A stretch of 64,000 bases of DNA, from assembly GCF_028641065.1 (NCBI RefSeq), contig NC_073407.1, positions 19,840,001 to 19,904,000 on the forward strand, given 5' to 3'. Numbering within the stretch: position 1 is the stretch's first letter; the number at the start of each line of letters is the position of its first letter. A program made the translations under genes and the position numbers. This document shows, one piece after another, positions 1 to 13,300 of the stretch. The notes under the pieces are model-generated. The model was not told where the DNA came from. It saw nothing but the letters and a program-made list of their open reading frames with translations, and made no database searches. Source of the DNA: Leucoraja erinacea. Lineage: Eukaryota.

Positions 1-1192
1 AAAACCGTGGGTTAGTTTATACACACCAAATTTCCAGAAGCATCAATTTTACTGTTGACCTGATAATCTATTTCAGTGTTGATAGATTAAGGTTGACCAG
101 AAGCTGTGGAGCACATCACTCTCTCTAAAAAAGATCTAAAAATAGTAACAGGATATTTTGAATTTTAAAGTCTCATCCAAAAGCTGACATCTCGAACAGC
201 AAAATTATTTGCCAGTGCCCACGTGGCATGATGTTCTTGTGACTATGGGTGGGATTTCAAACTACTGCAAACTAAATTATACTTCATAGTACTACCCATG
301 AAGTCATAGTTCATTTTTACAACACCCAATTCTAGTCAAAGTGATACAATTATAATCACAAGACACAGAAACGCAGCTTGCAAATTCCATTTGCTAGCAA
401 TTGCTCTGTGACGTTTTACAATGTTTAACAAGTGTAAAACAATTCTGATTATGGCCTCATAACTGTTTAGGAATGAATTGCTATATCTGTTGGGGTCAGG
501 GATTTGACTAATAATGGCACCAATAGTAAATTAAAAAATATTAATTCAAAGCTTACAATTATATGTTTCAACAGTTTGATGCACTAGCTCTACGAAGCAG
601 TTCTTTAAGCCTTCGGAATGGAGGACTCTGAGGTTTTGTAAATTTGATAATAGGTAAATCTAAATAGGAAATCCGATTTGAAGGGTGGATTTGCAAAGAT
701 ACTTTTGTCGCAGTGTTTTCAATAGTTGAATGATGTGGGAACATTTGCATTCTTAATTTCAGGAAATACATTTGTCCCATAAAAATGTTGACTTTTGCAC
801 TTAATTAACCAAAAAAATGATTCTAACAACTTCACATGTGCACATGCCTGGCTTGATTTATACCAGTTGTGCTGTCAGGCTGTAATAGGAACTTGCAGTG
901 CAGTGATCATTTAAATGAATGTTTTAACAAGGGAAAATCCACAATAAAAGAAAAAGGGAAAAGTGTCCCAATAGAGAATTGGAATTACAGATCGTATCAA
1001 TTAGTATATCGACAGATGGTTGTGTAACACAATCCTTCAATGAATTGCCTCTGCTCATTAAGAATTAAAATTGCTGGTGTCTCTTATTGTGTATCAGGAA
1101 ACTATGATCTATTACATTTTGACTTTAATCCACAAATAATTGTGCCTGTTGGGAAAATATTTGTTTTTATATGTAGATAATTCTCTTTGTAG

Positions 1193-1371
1193 GGCTATGC
1201 AGCAACAGGCACAAACGTTTCATCCTCGCCATCCTCTCCAACAGCCGCGGCACCAACTTCAGCGGCAGCAGAAGCAAATGCCTCAGCTAAACTTGCATCC
1301 ATCCAGTCAAACTTCAATCCTTAATCCTAATCCTATGCTACAGCGTACCCTGATAATGCAGCAGATGTCAG
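1193..1371 (+). CDS. CIZ1: CIZ1 coding exon, Q/P-rich N-terminal region
   Basis: ag|GGCTATG...TCAG|gtggga; AMQQQAQ...NPMLQRTLIMQQMS resembles human NGSMLQRALLLQQLQ. Confidence 0.85.
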
Positions 1372-4300
1372 GTGGGATCATACTGTTGAAAGTTATTAGC
1401 AATAATACAATGACTGAGACTATGGATTAAATTGCTATTTTAATATTGTTATAACTTATGAAATGTTCACCTCTTGGTAAAATTTTGAACTTTTTCTAAG
1501 GTTTACTGGTGATATTTTAAGTGAGAAAATGAAATCATTTAAAATAGTTTGGATAATGAGTGCAGACATCCTTAAGTTTGTTAGCATTTTATCAACTTTG
1601 TGTGAGTGTGCGGTATAATTTTTTGTGGCTGAATTGAAAACATGCATTAAAAATACATTCTGTTCCAATAAAATACACACTGATGGAGTTCAGTAACTTT
1701 TCCTGAGCATTAAGGGGCTCTCCCACTTGGGCGACCTAATTGGCGCGTTTAAGAGAGTTTGAAAAAAAATGTCATGTTGAAGACCTCCTTCGACTATGTT
1801 GAAGACTAGCTTCGACTAGCTACGACTAACTTCAAGGAAAATCGAACACCAAATAATGGAGAGTGAAGACGACCTCCTACGATCTCCTTCCGCCTCCCTT
1901 CGACAATGATGAAGACTATCTACGACTACCTTCGACTAGCCTCGATTACCTACGCCTAACATGCCGGCCTACTACGACTAAACCTACCATGGCAACCTAT
2001 TTTTACTCGCGGGCATTTTTCAACATGTTGAAAAATACGCCACGGCCTAGCTGAGGCCTCGAGTACGCAGGGACTACTCTCGAGCATGAAGGAGAGTTAC
2101 AAAGACCTCCTATGACCTCGTGTCGACCATGCTGCGAGTTTGAGTCTAGGGCAAACTCGCCAGAACTCGCGGATTAGGTCGCCCAAGTGGGACAGGCCCT
2201 TTAGCTTATCTAAACAAAAGGTGTATTTGGTAGCTATAGTGATTGGAGTAATTGATTATTTGCCAAATGAACTAAGTTTAAATCTTAGCTCCAGTAGTTG
2301 GATTTTAGATTTAATCTTTTGTGGTTTGGCAATTCTCGACTTTTGTGTGCAACACATTCTTGCAGCTTTTCATTTATTTTAACTACTGTATATGAATTCA
2401 CATTGAACTGAATGAAATGAAACTTCTAACTATAATTAGATTCTGTAGGAAAGTGATCATGTTGGATCCTGAAATATACTTGTTTCGAATTTGCGGCTAC
2501 TTTATCCCTTCACATCACTAGGAGATGTCACTCAGAATGAAAGGACGTAATTTTAGGAAGGAGATGAGGAGAAATTTCTTTAGTCAGAGGGTGATGAATC
2601 TGTGGAATACTTTGCCATAGAAGCCTGTGGCGGCCAAGGCTGGATATTTTTTACGGCAGAGATAGATAGATTCTTGATTAGTATGTGTCAGAGGTTATGT
2701 GGAGAAGGCAGAAGAATGGGGTTGGGAGGAAGATATTGATCAGCCATGATTGAATGGCGAAGTAGACTTGCTGTGCCGAATGGCCTAATTCTACTCCGAT
2801 CCTTTATGACATTACTTAACATAGCTTAACATCCTCTCCAGATTGTCATGGTCAGGGAAAATATGCTACCTTCTTGTTTAATTGTGATTTTTTTTTTTGG
2901 TATTGTATTTGTAGTGTGATGTCTGATTTATGATGGACTGCTGAAAGCTTTCAGAGATGGTGATGATTTGCCTTGTGTACATCACTTTATAATGGGGATT
3001 ATTTAAATTGGACCGTCCAATGAGAACCATTTTCTCGGTGAAACAGCGCTAAATACTGAAAGTAAACACTGTTTTGCGGTGACTCCATATTGCCAACACA
3101 TCGTATTTTCTAAATGTCTGATTCTCACGTCCAATTTTATAGGTGGTCTTCCTGGATACAGCATGCCTACACCCTTCTTCCCACCAGGATCCAGAGCATC
3201 AATTCTTGGCACCCCTCCCGTTGGCATTCAACTGCAGACTCCTCGCATCAGATTTGGGAGCCATCCCTTCCATCCGCATCTTCGCGGATTCAATAAAGTA
3301 AGGAGAAACCTCATAACAGAGTGAATAGTTTTTTATGACACAATTAATGCAGGCGGATATGTTTAAATATCATGTAAATTCAGGCAAATCGTAATAGTAG
3401 TGTCTGGTTTTCAATTGCATAGGTTAAATATCCAATCAAATGTTTAAAAACAAAATTGGATATTTTTTGACTAAAAAGAGTACTCTCCACAGCTAGGTTA
3501 ATGTGAGCCACTAAAATGTATTCAGTTAAAAGTAGTTAGTGTGAGAAATGAACTAAAATAAAGAAACATAAACTGTAGTTCCATTTCAATGACTTGCCTG
3601 GTAATCCCAGATGATACTGGATTCTCTAAGATGAAGGCCTGGATGAAAGACTATTGGGCTCTCCTGCCTCCGCAAATACTCAATTGCATCTTCAATGTAC
3701 TGGATCTAAATCCTGGATCAGTGTATTTTACAATATTGTGAGAGTCCATATGAACTACCATGGTTCTGAAAGGAGGTTAGCCATCCCCTCCTCAAGGGCA
3801 CTTAAATATACTTTGAAGTCGTATCATTGTTTTTCAATGAGCCTGTGATTAAAAGTAGCATGAAATTATAAACTGAAAATACTGAAAAATATCAGCAGAT
3901 CTGGCAATGCTTGTGGAAAGAGAGACAGTTCATGTTTCAGATTGAAGACCCTACAAGTTTGTCAAGGTAGCAGAGAAGGTGGGGAAGGACAAATGGAATG
4001 TTTATAACAGGGTGGTATATGACGATTTTTTTTAAGCACAATAATCTGACAAAATAATGATTGTATACTCGATTGAAATAAAGGAAAAAATTGTTCACAG
4101 AGTTTCTGCTGCTTGTGAGACCTTAGTTTTTGCATTCTGGCAGAATATTTTGTGACTCCTCAGTTAGAATTTATTTTGAAGCATTAACTGGACAGAGGGC
4201 AGAAAGTGTGGAGGCTGGGGTTGGCTCAATTGGACGGAATTTCCATCAAGACCACAGTTAACACTAGTTTACACACGGCACAATTCAGAACATTACACAA

Positions 4301-7300
4301 ATTTCATACATTCAGAACAAAGAGACACGGTCAGAAATTTTGTTCACATAATTGCTATCAACTGGTAATGAAACGTAAAATCAACTGCAGTGCTAAAAAT
4401 ATGCGATGAAAATATATGCAGGAAACTCATTGATGTAAAATCACTCCAGCTCTCCATAATCACTTTTGCTCTCCCCAGAAGCTATCTGATTTGAATATTT
4501 TCAATAATTGGTATTTTTATTGCTATCACTCAGAAATTACCATTAAAAGCAACATCGCAAAGTTAATTGATGGATGTATTGGCCCTGGCGTGTAAGTGAG
4601 TGTTAGAATCTGACATTGATGGGAATGCAGGAAAAGTAAAATAGGATAGTAGGTGGGTGCTTATTGGTCAGCAGAGGCACGACAGGCCAAAGGTCTATTT
4701 CGCTGCTGTGACTATTACGATAACTGAAGAACTATTAGTCATTGAAAGTATTGCTTTAAAGACAGGGGTTAATGAATTGGAAACAAAACAACATATTTAG
4801 TTTTAATTTTAGAGATACAGTGTAGAAACAGGCCCACTGACTCCGTACTGACACTGGGACAATTTTACATTTATGCCAAGCCAATAAACCTACCAACCTG
4901 TACATCTTTGGAGTGTGGGAGGAAACCGAAGATCTCAGAGAAAACCCACATGGTCACAGGGAGACTGTACAAACTGCATACGGACAGCATCCGTAGTTTG
5001 GATCAAATCTGCGTCTCTGCCGCTGAAAGCACTGTAAGGCATCACTCTACTGCTGTGCCACCCCATATGTATTCACAATTCACATATGTAGTGTGAATTC
5101 ACTTTAGAATATGGATTTTCAGGAAATTGGGTACCTCTTTAAAAGTTTGTTTTCTTAGTCTGCTTTTCAGGATCAGGTATATATCATGGATAATGCAGCT
5201 AATAATGAATATGTATGTACATCTTCACTACAGCTTCTTGGATAATGTTCCAATCTGATGCCTTAACCCATATTTAATGTCTAGTGCGTAATTTCCCACT
5301 GAAAGCAAAATGTTCTGACTTGCAGGATATTAAGAGAATGCAAGACATGCGAAGAGATCGTTACTCTCCAAGGGAGCCATTCAGGGCAAAAGCGAATAAT
5401 AACAAGACAACGCCTGGAGTAAAGGTGACAACAGGTACTGATTATGCAAAAGAAATTGCGTTAACACAGACATGCCCCGAATCCTTAAAATAAACTGCAG
5501 AATAAAAAGGGGAACATCAACCATTTATTCTCCATCCTAACATACATTTTTTAGATTTCAGATGTAGAATGCGATGGATCAGTATTCTTTTTACAATAGA
5601 TAAACAAAGCATTGTTCACTTATTGTTCACATTATTGGCAGTACAGGTTTGGTTTGAATTGTTAGTTGAAAGAATCTGAAGTGCAAGTTGTCATTCTTCC
5701 ACTCCTTGTTTTTTGGGGTGCTTGCCTCATTTTGGCCTTTGGCCTTGATGCCTGGGAACACACTAGCTTATTCCTTCTATATCTTTTTCTTATTCCATTC
5801 ATGCTGCATCCGTCACAAATAAAATAATTTAATAATGTAATGACAGGGTGAAATCAAAGGAAATGTAAGTGTCAAATGACAGAAGTTATTTTATATTCTG
5901 AACCCACTCCAATACTTGTGCCTAATTGGAACCGTATTTGTCATTAAATTGTAATGTTAATTTATGAAGTCTGAAACCACTTTTGTAAAGTTGCAAGAAA
6001 TTGATTTGGTAATTTAAAATGTGTAATCCTCTCCATCAGTATAACAAAATATTGAATTAAGCAACTTGGTATGGTGACTTCTATTAGACCAAATTAATCA
6101 ATGGGAAGGTAAGCATTTTCACTTGCAACTTTGTAAATAGAAATAATTGTATTATTTTGCCTCAGGTAATAAACATGTTGATACAAAGAAGGCAGCTGTT
6201 TCTCTATCTCTGAAAACTCAGGACTCCATGAAAGCTGATGAACCAGAAGTAAAAAGGAGAAAGCTTGGGAGGTACTTGGGATTTTATTTAAATTGGTTCT
6301 CTTTATCCCACCTTCCCCTGGGACATCAAGTGCTCGCAGACATTGTTGTTTTTTATCAGAAATGAGCCTTTGACAATAGATCCACAGCGCTGCAAATAAA
6401 TCTTCCATGATGTGCTTCATCACCTGCTGAAACCATCATATAATCTTTTGTTACTATTAATTGAAAATGAAAATTATGAATCCATTTGACATATTTCCAA
6501 GACAATATGAGATAAATAATTTGGAAAAATTAAGGTATATTTATTTTTTAATTCAAATAGAATAATATGATGATCTTTAAATACTTAGAATGACCTTGAA
6601 ATACTTAGCTATTTTGAGGAAATATATGTGAGAGGAAAGGAGACACAATTTTATGTTGTGCAATTCAGACATTCGCATAAAATAGCCATTTGAGTTTCCA
6701 GCAAAATCGTGTTTCACTAGCAGCACTTCAGAATTGCTAAAGTTGGAATTGTAATTATCATTCACCATAGATAATGTTGTACAGGTGCATTGTAAATGAG
6801 CAAAGAATGAGCAACGGATCTTGGGGGGGTGGGAGGTGAATACACCTTTAACCCTGGGGAATAGTTTATACGTAATTGAAGCTGTGCTTTGTTTCTTCAA
6901 GATAAATTGTTTATCTCGACGGTCGAGGCTTTATTTCTACTGAATATCTTTGTGCATATGTTTTGCACAACACAATAATGTGAGTCAGTTGCATGTTCTT
7001 ATTTTGAATTTCGAACGCAGCAATTGGCCTAACCTGAGGGGATGCCCAAGGTAATTTAGATGAACTTGTTTTAATATTTTTTACTCCAGCTGTTGACTTG
7101 GAGTATTAACACCATGGACTTTTAAACCAGTTTGTATGATGCTCTGTGAAGTAAGACTGCAATCGTCTGATAATAATTGTTTAAATAGGTTTTTAAATGG
7201 CAAAATTGAGCTTAAGATTTGTAGCAGTGACCTTAAATAAGTAAAATGCATGTCTTTAAGAAAATAAAAATTCTTCAGTATTTTAGAATTCAAATAAAAA

Positions 7301-10300
7301 AAATGTTTATTGGTGATTTATGGGCACCTTTTCTTACATTTTTAATAAATCTGCCATATAGTTGCATTTAAATCGAATTGCTACTGCCCATCATTAGAAG
7401 ATCCTGATGGCCCATTCTCAGCTTCACTCTCTTGGAGAATAAAAATAAATGTAAGATACCGTAAAACTAAAATTAAAACGTCAAGATGAAGAAAAATAAC
7501 TAAACTACTTACCTGCCCTTAATTTCCCCCGGAGTCAAATATCCCATTTAAATTAATGTGGTCAAGCTTTTAATCTTGACCATCTCTGCTATAAAGCTGA
7601 GGAGTAGAATGTAAAGAGCATCTGGCTCTTTAAATCTGTGCTCCAGTTTATGTACAATTTCTGCGCTTCAACAGTGGGTGAGTAATAGAAGGCTGGCCGT
7701 TCACTACAAAATTACTGGATTAAATATGATCTAGCCTAGGCTAAGCTGTCTCTGGTCTCAAACATAGAACAGCACCAGAAGAGGTTTTCCCAGAAATAAT
7801 GAAGCAGTACAGCAACTGGGAAAATTATGAGTATGTAGATCGGTTAATAACGTTACAGGGTGGAAATTATAATACTACATATCCTATTTTTGTTTCTTCT
7901 TCTCTTCCTCTCACTTTCTTAAAAGGGGCTATACATTTTAAGATTTGTAGATCATCATATTATTGTATTTGAATTGTTTTCGAAAAGCAATTTCCTATTG
8001 TGACTTTAAAAAGAAATATACCCCAGTTCTTCACAACTCTGCACTTCATTTTGGCTTGGGATCATAGAGAATGAGTTTGGAATTTTTTGGCTTATCTGGT
8101 TGTAACTAAGAGACACAATGCAAAAAAAACTCAGTAGGTTTTCCTAAGCCACCTCAGTCCCCCTGTCCGTTCCCTTACCGGTGTATTTGTCTGCGGCCTC
8201 TTCCATTGCCAAATTGAGTTAGCATACAAACTACATGAACAGCCCTTCATATTCCGCTGGGGTGCCAATTCTCCAATTGCAGGTAAACCACCCTCTTTCT
8301 CCTGATCTATGCGGGTTCTCTCTTTCACATTTTCTTTCCCCTCTTCCTACTCACCCCCACCCCATCATTCTGATCTACTACCTGTAGCTCCTTTAAGTTC
8401 TATGTTTTCACCTTCACCTTTCCTTATCAGATTCCACCATCTGTAGCCCTTTGGGTTATCCACTTATCACCTCCAGCCTATGTTACTATCTCCACCTTCT
8501 CTTCCTCTCCAACTCATCTGAATCAGCCCCTGGATTCACCTTTCTCCCAGCTCTTGTCCCACCCCTTCCCCTCACCTCTTTCTGCTACTTATCTCCCCTC
8601 ACTCCTGACCCAAAACAATGTCTGTCCATTTCCCACCAGAGATTATGTGTTGTTTGCTGTGTTCCTCATGTAGTTTGTTTCTTTTGCTCAAGATTCCAGA
8701 TCTGCAGTGTCTTGTATCCCTAAATAAAATGTGGTTTACTGCCCAGTTAATCCTTTGGATTTGGTGATACTGATTGAACGAGAATGTTGTCACTAGAAGG
8801 ATAGTATTCAAGATAAACTTGTGTCCCGTGTATAAATCCATTATAGAATAACAGTTATAGAATAAAACAATTTGTGAAAATTAGCTCAAAAAATCATCCA
8901 GTTATATCATTTACAATTATCTTGAGGGTTTTGTTCCATTCTTTCAACTGGATAAAGTGCTGTTATTCCCTTTTCCATTAAGCCTTAGCAATTAAAAATT
9001 CTGTGCGCCTAATTCATCGTGGTTGGAAATCTTCTCAATATTAAAAAAATTATTTCCATGATACCCTCTGTTACTTGTGTCCTGTTACTTCCATTAACTC
9101 AGTGGGATTTAACAGTCATTTTCTTCTTTCTGCAGCCAAAATGATGATGATGTAATTGAACAGTCTAATTCGGGCGAGCCAACCATATCAAAGAGTACAA
9201 CGAATGAAGGTGATTTAATGAAAATTACTTTGGGAATCTGTAATAAAAGTGCAGAAGTACTCTGCTTTAACTAACAAAGGCCAACAAATCACCTGCACTT
9301 TAACACTTAATTGTAACATCCAGTGATATATATCTGTTATAGAGGTATGGATGATTGTTTATCACCACCCTATGTTATTTTCTGACTCCCACATTTCCCA
9401 GTGGTTTCCACCTATGTGAATTTCAAGAAAAACATTGTAAGTGGTTGTGTTGCTACTTCTTATCCAAACAAATGGATTTTGTCAGTGTCTTTAGGTACAT
9501 TGTTATAGTTGACTGATGATACAGAGGCTAACACTGGAAATACTGTACTAAGGATAACAGCTGAAAATCTGGAAATTGTGATTGAGTAAATATATGATTG
9601 GTTGAGCTTTTGCACGTGTATTGTCAGTTGAGGGAGAACTTTGGGACAATCACTGCGAGAGTAACATTCAAGTTATTCTCAAGTAAATATCTACGGATTA
9701 ACCGTAATGGAATAAATCAGGTTGTTGAATTTACCACAGAACTTTTACATAGTTTGAGTTTTTTTGTAGTTTTCTTACCTGGATGAGATTCTGCTGTCCT
9801 CTGTAGTGTCCAATTGCAGTAAGAGAACGTGCCAATGTAAACTTTTTCCAATAGCTTCCCGTTTCTTCAAAATTAGAAGCTTTTTTTGCCAACTGCTATG
9901 GTATTTTATATTCTATAGCCTCTTCTGGATCTATCCTGGTAGTGGCAGCTAGATTCCAGTCTGCCTGTCAGATTGCTTGGAAAAGCAGTTTATTTATTTT
10001 TGTTAATCTATTTACAGAAACGGGTAAAAATGAAGAGAGTGCAGCTGGTGAGAATTTAGAACCCAATGCAGCGAACGCAGAGGTAAGAATAACTTTTTCA
10101 CTGTTTGGTTCCTTACATTATGCCTTTGGTCAAGTGGAGGAAGCCATAATGGTTTAATGGAAGACCGATATCCCCATTAAACATGCGTATCTTTGGATGG
10201 TTCTCGGTGTAGTTCGTGGCTTAACAAGGGCGGGTTGACATAAACCAAACATCATTATTTTTCTTTGGAATTTGTGAAGATCACTTATCAAAGATAGTGT

Positions 10301-13300
10301 GGTTTCTGATTTTTTTTTTTTTGCTTTTGCAGATTGCAATAAAATTAAAATGCATCCTTTTGTTATAGAGAAACAAGGTCAGTATTGGAGATATCAGTGG
10401 AGAATACAAATCTGCTAGGGCAGTTTGAGATTGAGACGGAGGTGATGCTGAGGCTATTGAAGACATTATGTTAAATAAGTTCCCGCGGCTTGATGGGATC
10501 TATCCCAGGTTATTTAGGGAGGTAAGAGCAGAGATTACAGAGGCCTTGGTGAGGATCTTTGTTTCTTCTCCAGTCAAAGGCGAGGTCCCAGAGGGCTGGT
10601 GAATGGCCGATGTTGTTCCTTTGTTTAAGAAAGGAAGTAGAGAGAATCCAGACAACTATAGGCCAGTGAGCCTCACATAAACTAGTGGGAGGGAAACTAT
10701 TGGAGAGAATTCTTCATGATAGGATTTACTCCCATTTGGAAAAGAATGGGTTAATTAGGGATAACCTGCACGGTTTTGTACGCATCAGGTCCTGTCTCAA
10801 TAACTTGGTTGAGTTTTTTGAGGTGACGCAGGAGATTGAAGGTAGGGCGGTGAATGTTGTGTTCATGAATTTTATCAAGGCATTTGATAAGGCCAGTCAT
10901 GGTAGGGTGATCCAGAAGATTAAGATGTAAGAGATTCATTATGACTTGGTCGTATGGATTCAGAACTGGTTTATTCATAGAAGACAGGGTTATGGAGATG
11001 GGTAGATATTCTGGCTGGAGGCCTGTGACCAGTAGAGTTCTGCGGGGATCTGTGCTAGGACCACTGCTGTTTGTGATAGAAATAAATTACTGAAACCTAA
11101 ATGTAAATTTGGTGATAACACCAAAATTGGAGGAGTTGCAAACAGCGAGAAATGCTGTCAGAAGATACAGCGGGATATAGACCAGCTGTAGAAATGGCGG
11201 AAAAATTTTCAAATGGAGTTAAACCCAAGCAAGTGTGAGGTGTACTTTGGGAGGTTGAATGTAAGGAGATAGTAAACAGTTAATGATAAGACCCTTAACA
11301 GCATTGATGTGCAGAGGGATCTTGAAGTCCAAGTTCATAGCTCACTGAATGTGGCAGCGCAGTAGATAGAGTAGTTAAGAAAGCATATGGTATGCTTGCC
11401 TTCATTGCTGGGAGCAGTGAGTATAAAATTCACAAAGTTACGATGCAGGTCTACAGGACTTTGGTTAGGCCACATTTGGATTATTGCGTGCAGTTCTGGT
11501 CACCCATTGCAGGTAAAATGGGAGGCTGTTGAAAGGGTGCAGAGGAAGTTTACCAGAATGCAGCCTGGATTGGAGAGTTTCAGCTACAGAGGTTGGGTAG
11601 ACTTGGATTGTTTTCTCTGGAACATCGGAGGTTGGGTTGAGACTTGATAGAAATATATACAATTATGAGAGGTGTAGACGGGGTAGAACCTTTTTCTTAA
11701 GATGGAAATGTTCAACACTGGAGGGCATTGTTATAAGCAGTGAGGGGGAAACTTTAATGGAGATGCAGGTTTTTTACATAGAGTGATGGGGGTCTGGAAT
11801 GCACTGCCAGGGGGTGGTGGAGGCTGATACGAAAGTGGAATTTAAGAGGCTTTTGGATAGGCGTACAGAAGTGTAGGGAATAGAAGGATATGGATCATGT
11901 ACGTATGGGCAGATGAAATCAGTTTAACTTAGCATCATGTTCGACACAAACATTGTGGGGTGGAAGACCCTTTCATGTGCTGTATTATTCTATGTTATTT
12001 TTCTATGAATAGGTAATACTAATTATGTAGGAAATCCCCACAATAGCAGAAAAAATACTGTTCCAATTAAGCATGATGACAATCTTAGATTTCAAAGTCT
12101 ATAGATTTGCACTAAGAGATGGCCAAAGGTGATATGGCTTTCTTGTTTTGATTGTAAAATCTCTATTGTTAACTAATGAAGAAGTATTGATGGTAGTTTG
12201 GGGGCGTGGGATCTTTATTCCAAGAAAGTTCCCATCTAGTGCAATTTAGTTTAACTTTGAGATGATCCACAAGGAAAATGCTAAAAGTGAATTTATTTAA
12301 GTTTGTGAGTAACTCGGCAAAGTGGGACAGGGCCTTTACTCGTGGATCTCTCATTGATCATGATGCCCTTTTATGCCAAGTGACAGTGATACAATTTGGA
12401 CCTAAACCTGGTGAAATTTCAGGAGGAAGGTTTTGTGAATTGTTTTATCTTTTGTAACAGTTTGTTCCTTCTGGTTGAGGAAATGAAAGTAAAAGAAATG
12501 GGATATGTTTGTTATTTTGCAACTCTTGATTCACATACGTATCTTTGGAAATGAGGAATTGTTTGTGTAAATGATGCACAAGATACTACGATGATTTGTA
12601 TGCCACATGTCAATTAACAAAGCAAGTATTGTGCTTTTGCTGACTATCCCCCTCTGTTCAAATTGGTCTTGATTCCCACTGAATGATAGGGTTTACTGTG
12701 AAAACAAGTGTAAATATGTATCTTATAGGTGCTGAGTACCATGAGTTCACTAAAAGTAACGATCCAGCAGAGCAGTGAGAGTCGGGCAATCAGTACGTCT
12801 GCAGCTGATTCTGGATCCATGGCCAATGAGGACTCTGGGGAGGAGTTGGATTCCATGCCTATCAAGTTCATCTGTTATATCTGTAATGTCAACTGCTATA
12901 ATCAAAAGGTAAGGCAAGTGGCACTGACTTGTATAATTGAATGAACAATGGAAAGGATCTTTGATCATTTGTATAATATTCCCCTTAAGGTAGCTATTCA
13001 CATGAAAGACTACAAACAAGCTTAATTTAAATGACGAGGAATCTATAGTTTGTAACTGGGAAGACCAGTTCATACATGTAAAGAAGTTATTATTGATGCA
13101 ACAGCTGCACAGGCAAGGCTGTACAGCCAATGAATCTGCACCAATCCATGCGGACCTTCTGCTTGCAACAATTGCGCAGAAGATGGTAATTCACAGTGGT
13201 TCCCTCTAGAGGTGGTATTGGATGGATGTATCGTGGGGAGATGCACAGATGCAGTCTGAGCCATTTCCCTCTGTTTACAGTGGCAAATTGGATCAGCAAC

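Noticed and set aside
1863-2054. 63-aa ORF with DYLRL repeats
   Set aside because: Translation of the MITE's internal 10-mer array; not a transposase.
10350-12000. Functional reverse transcriptase gene
   Set aside because: Multiple stops and frameshifts; a dead CR1 copy.
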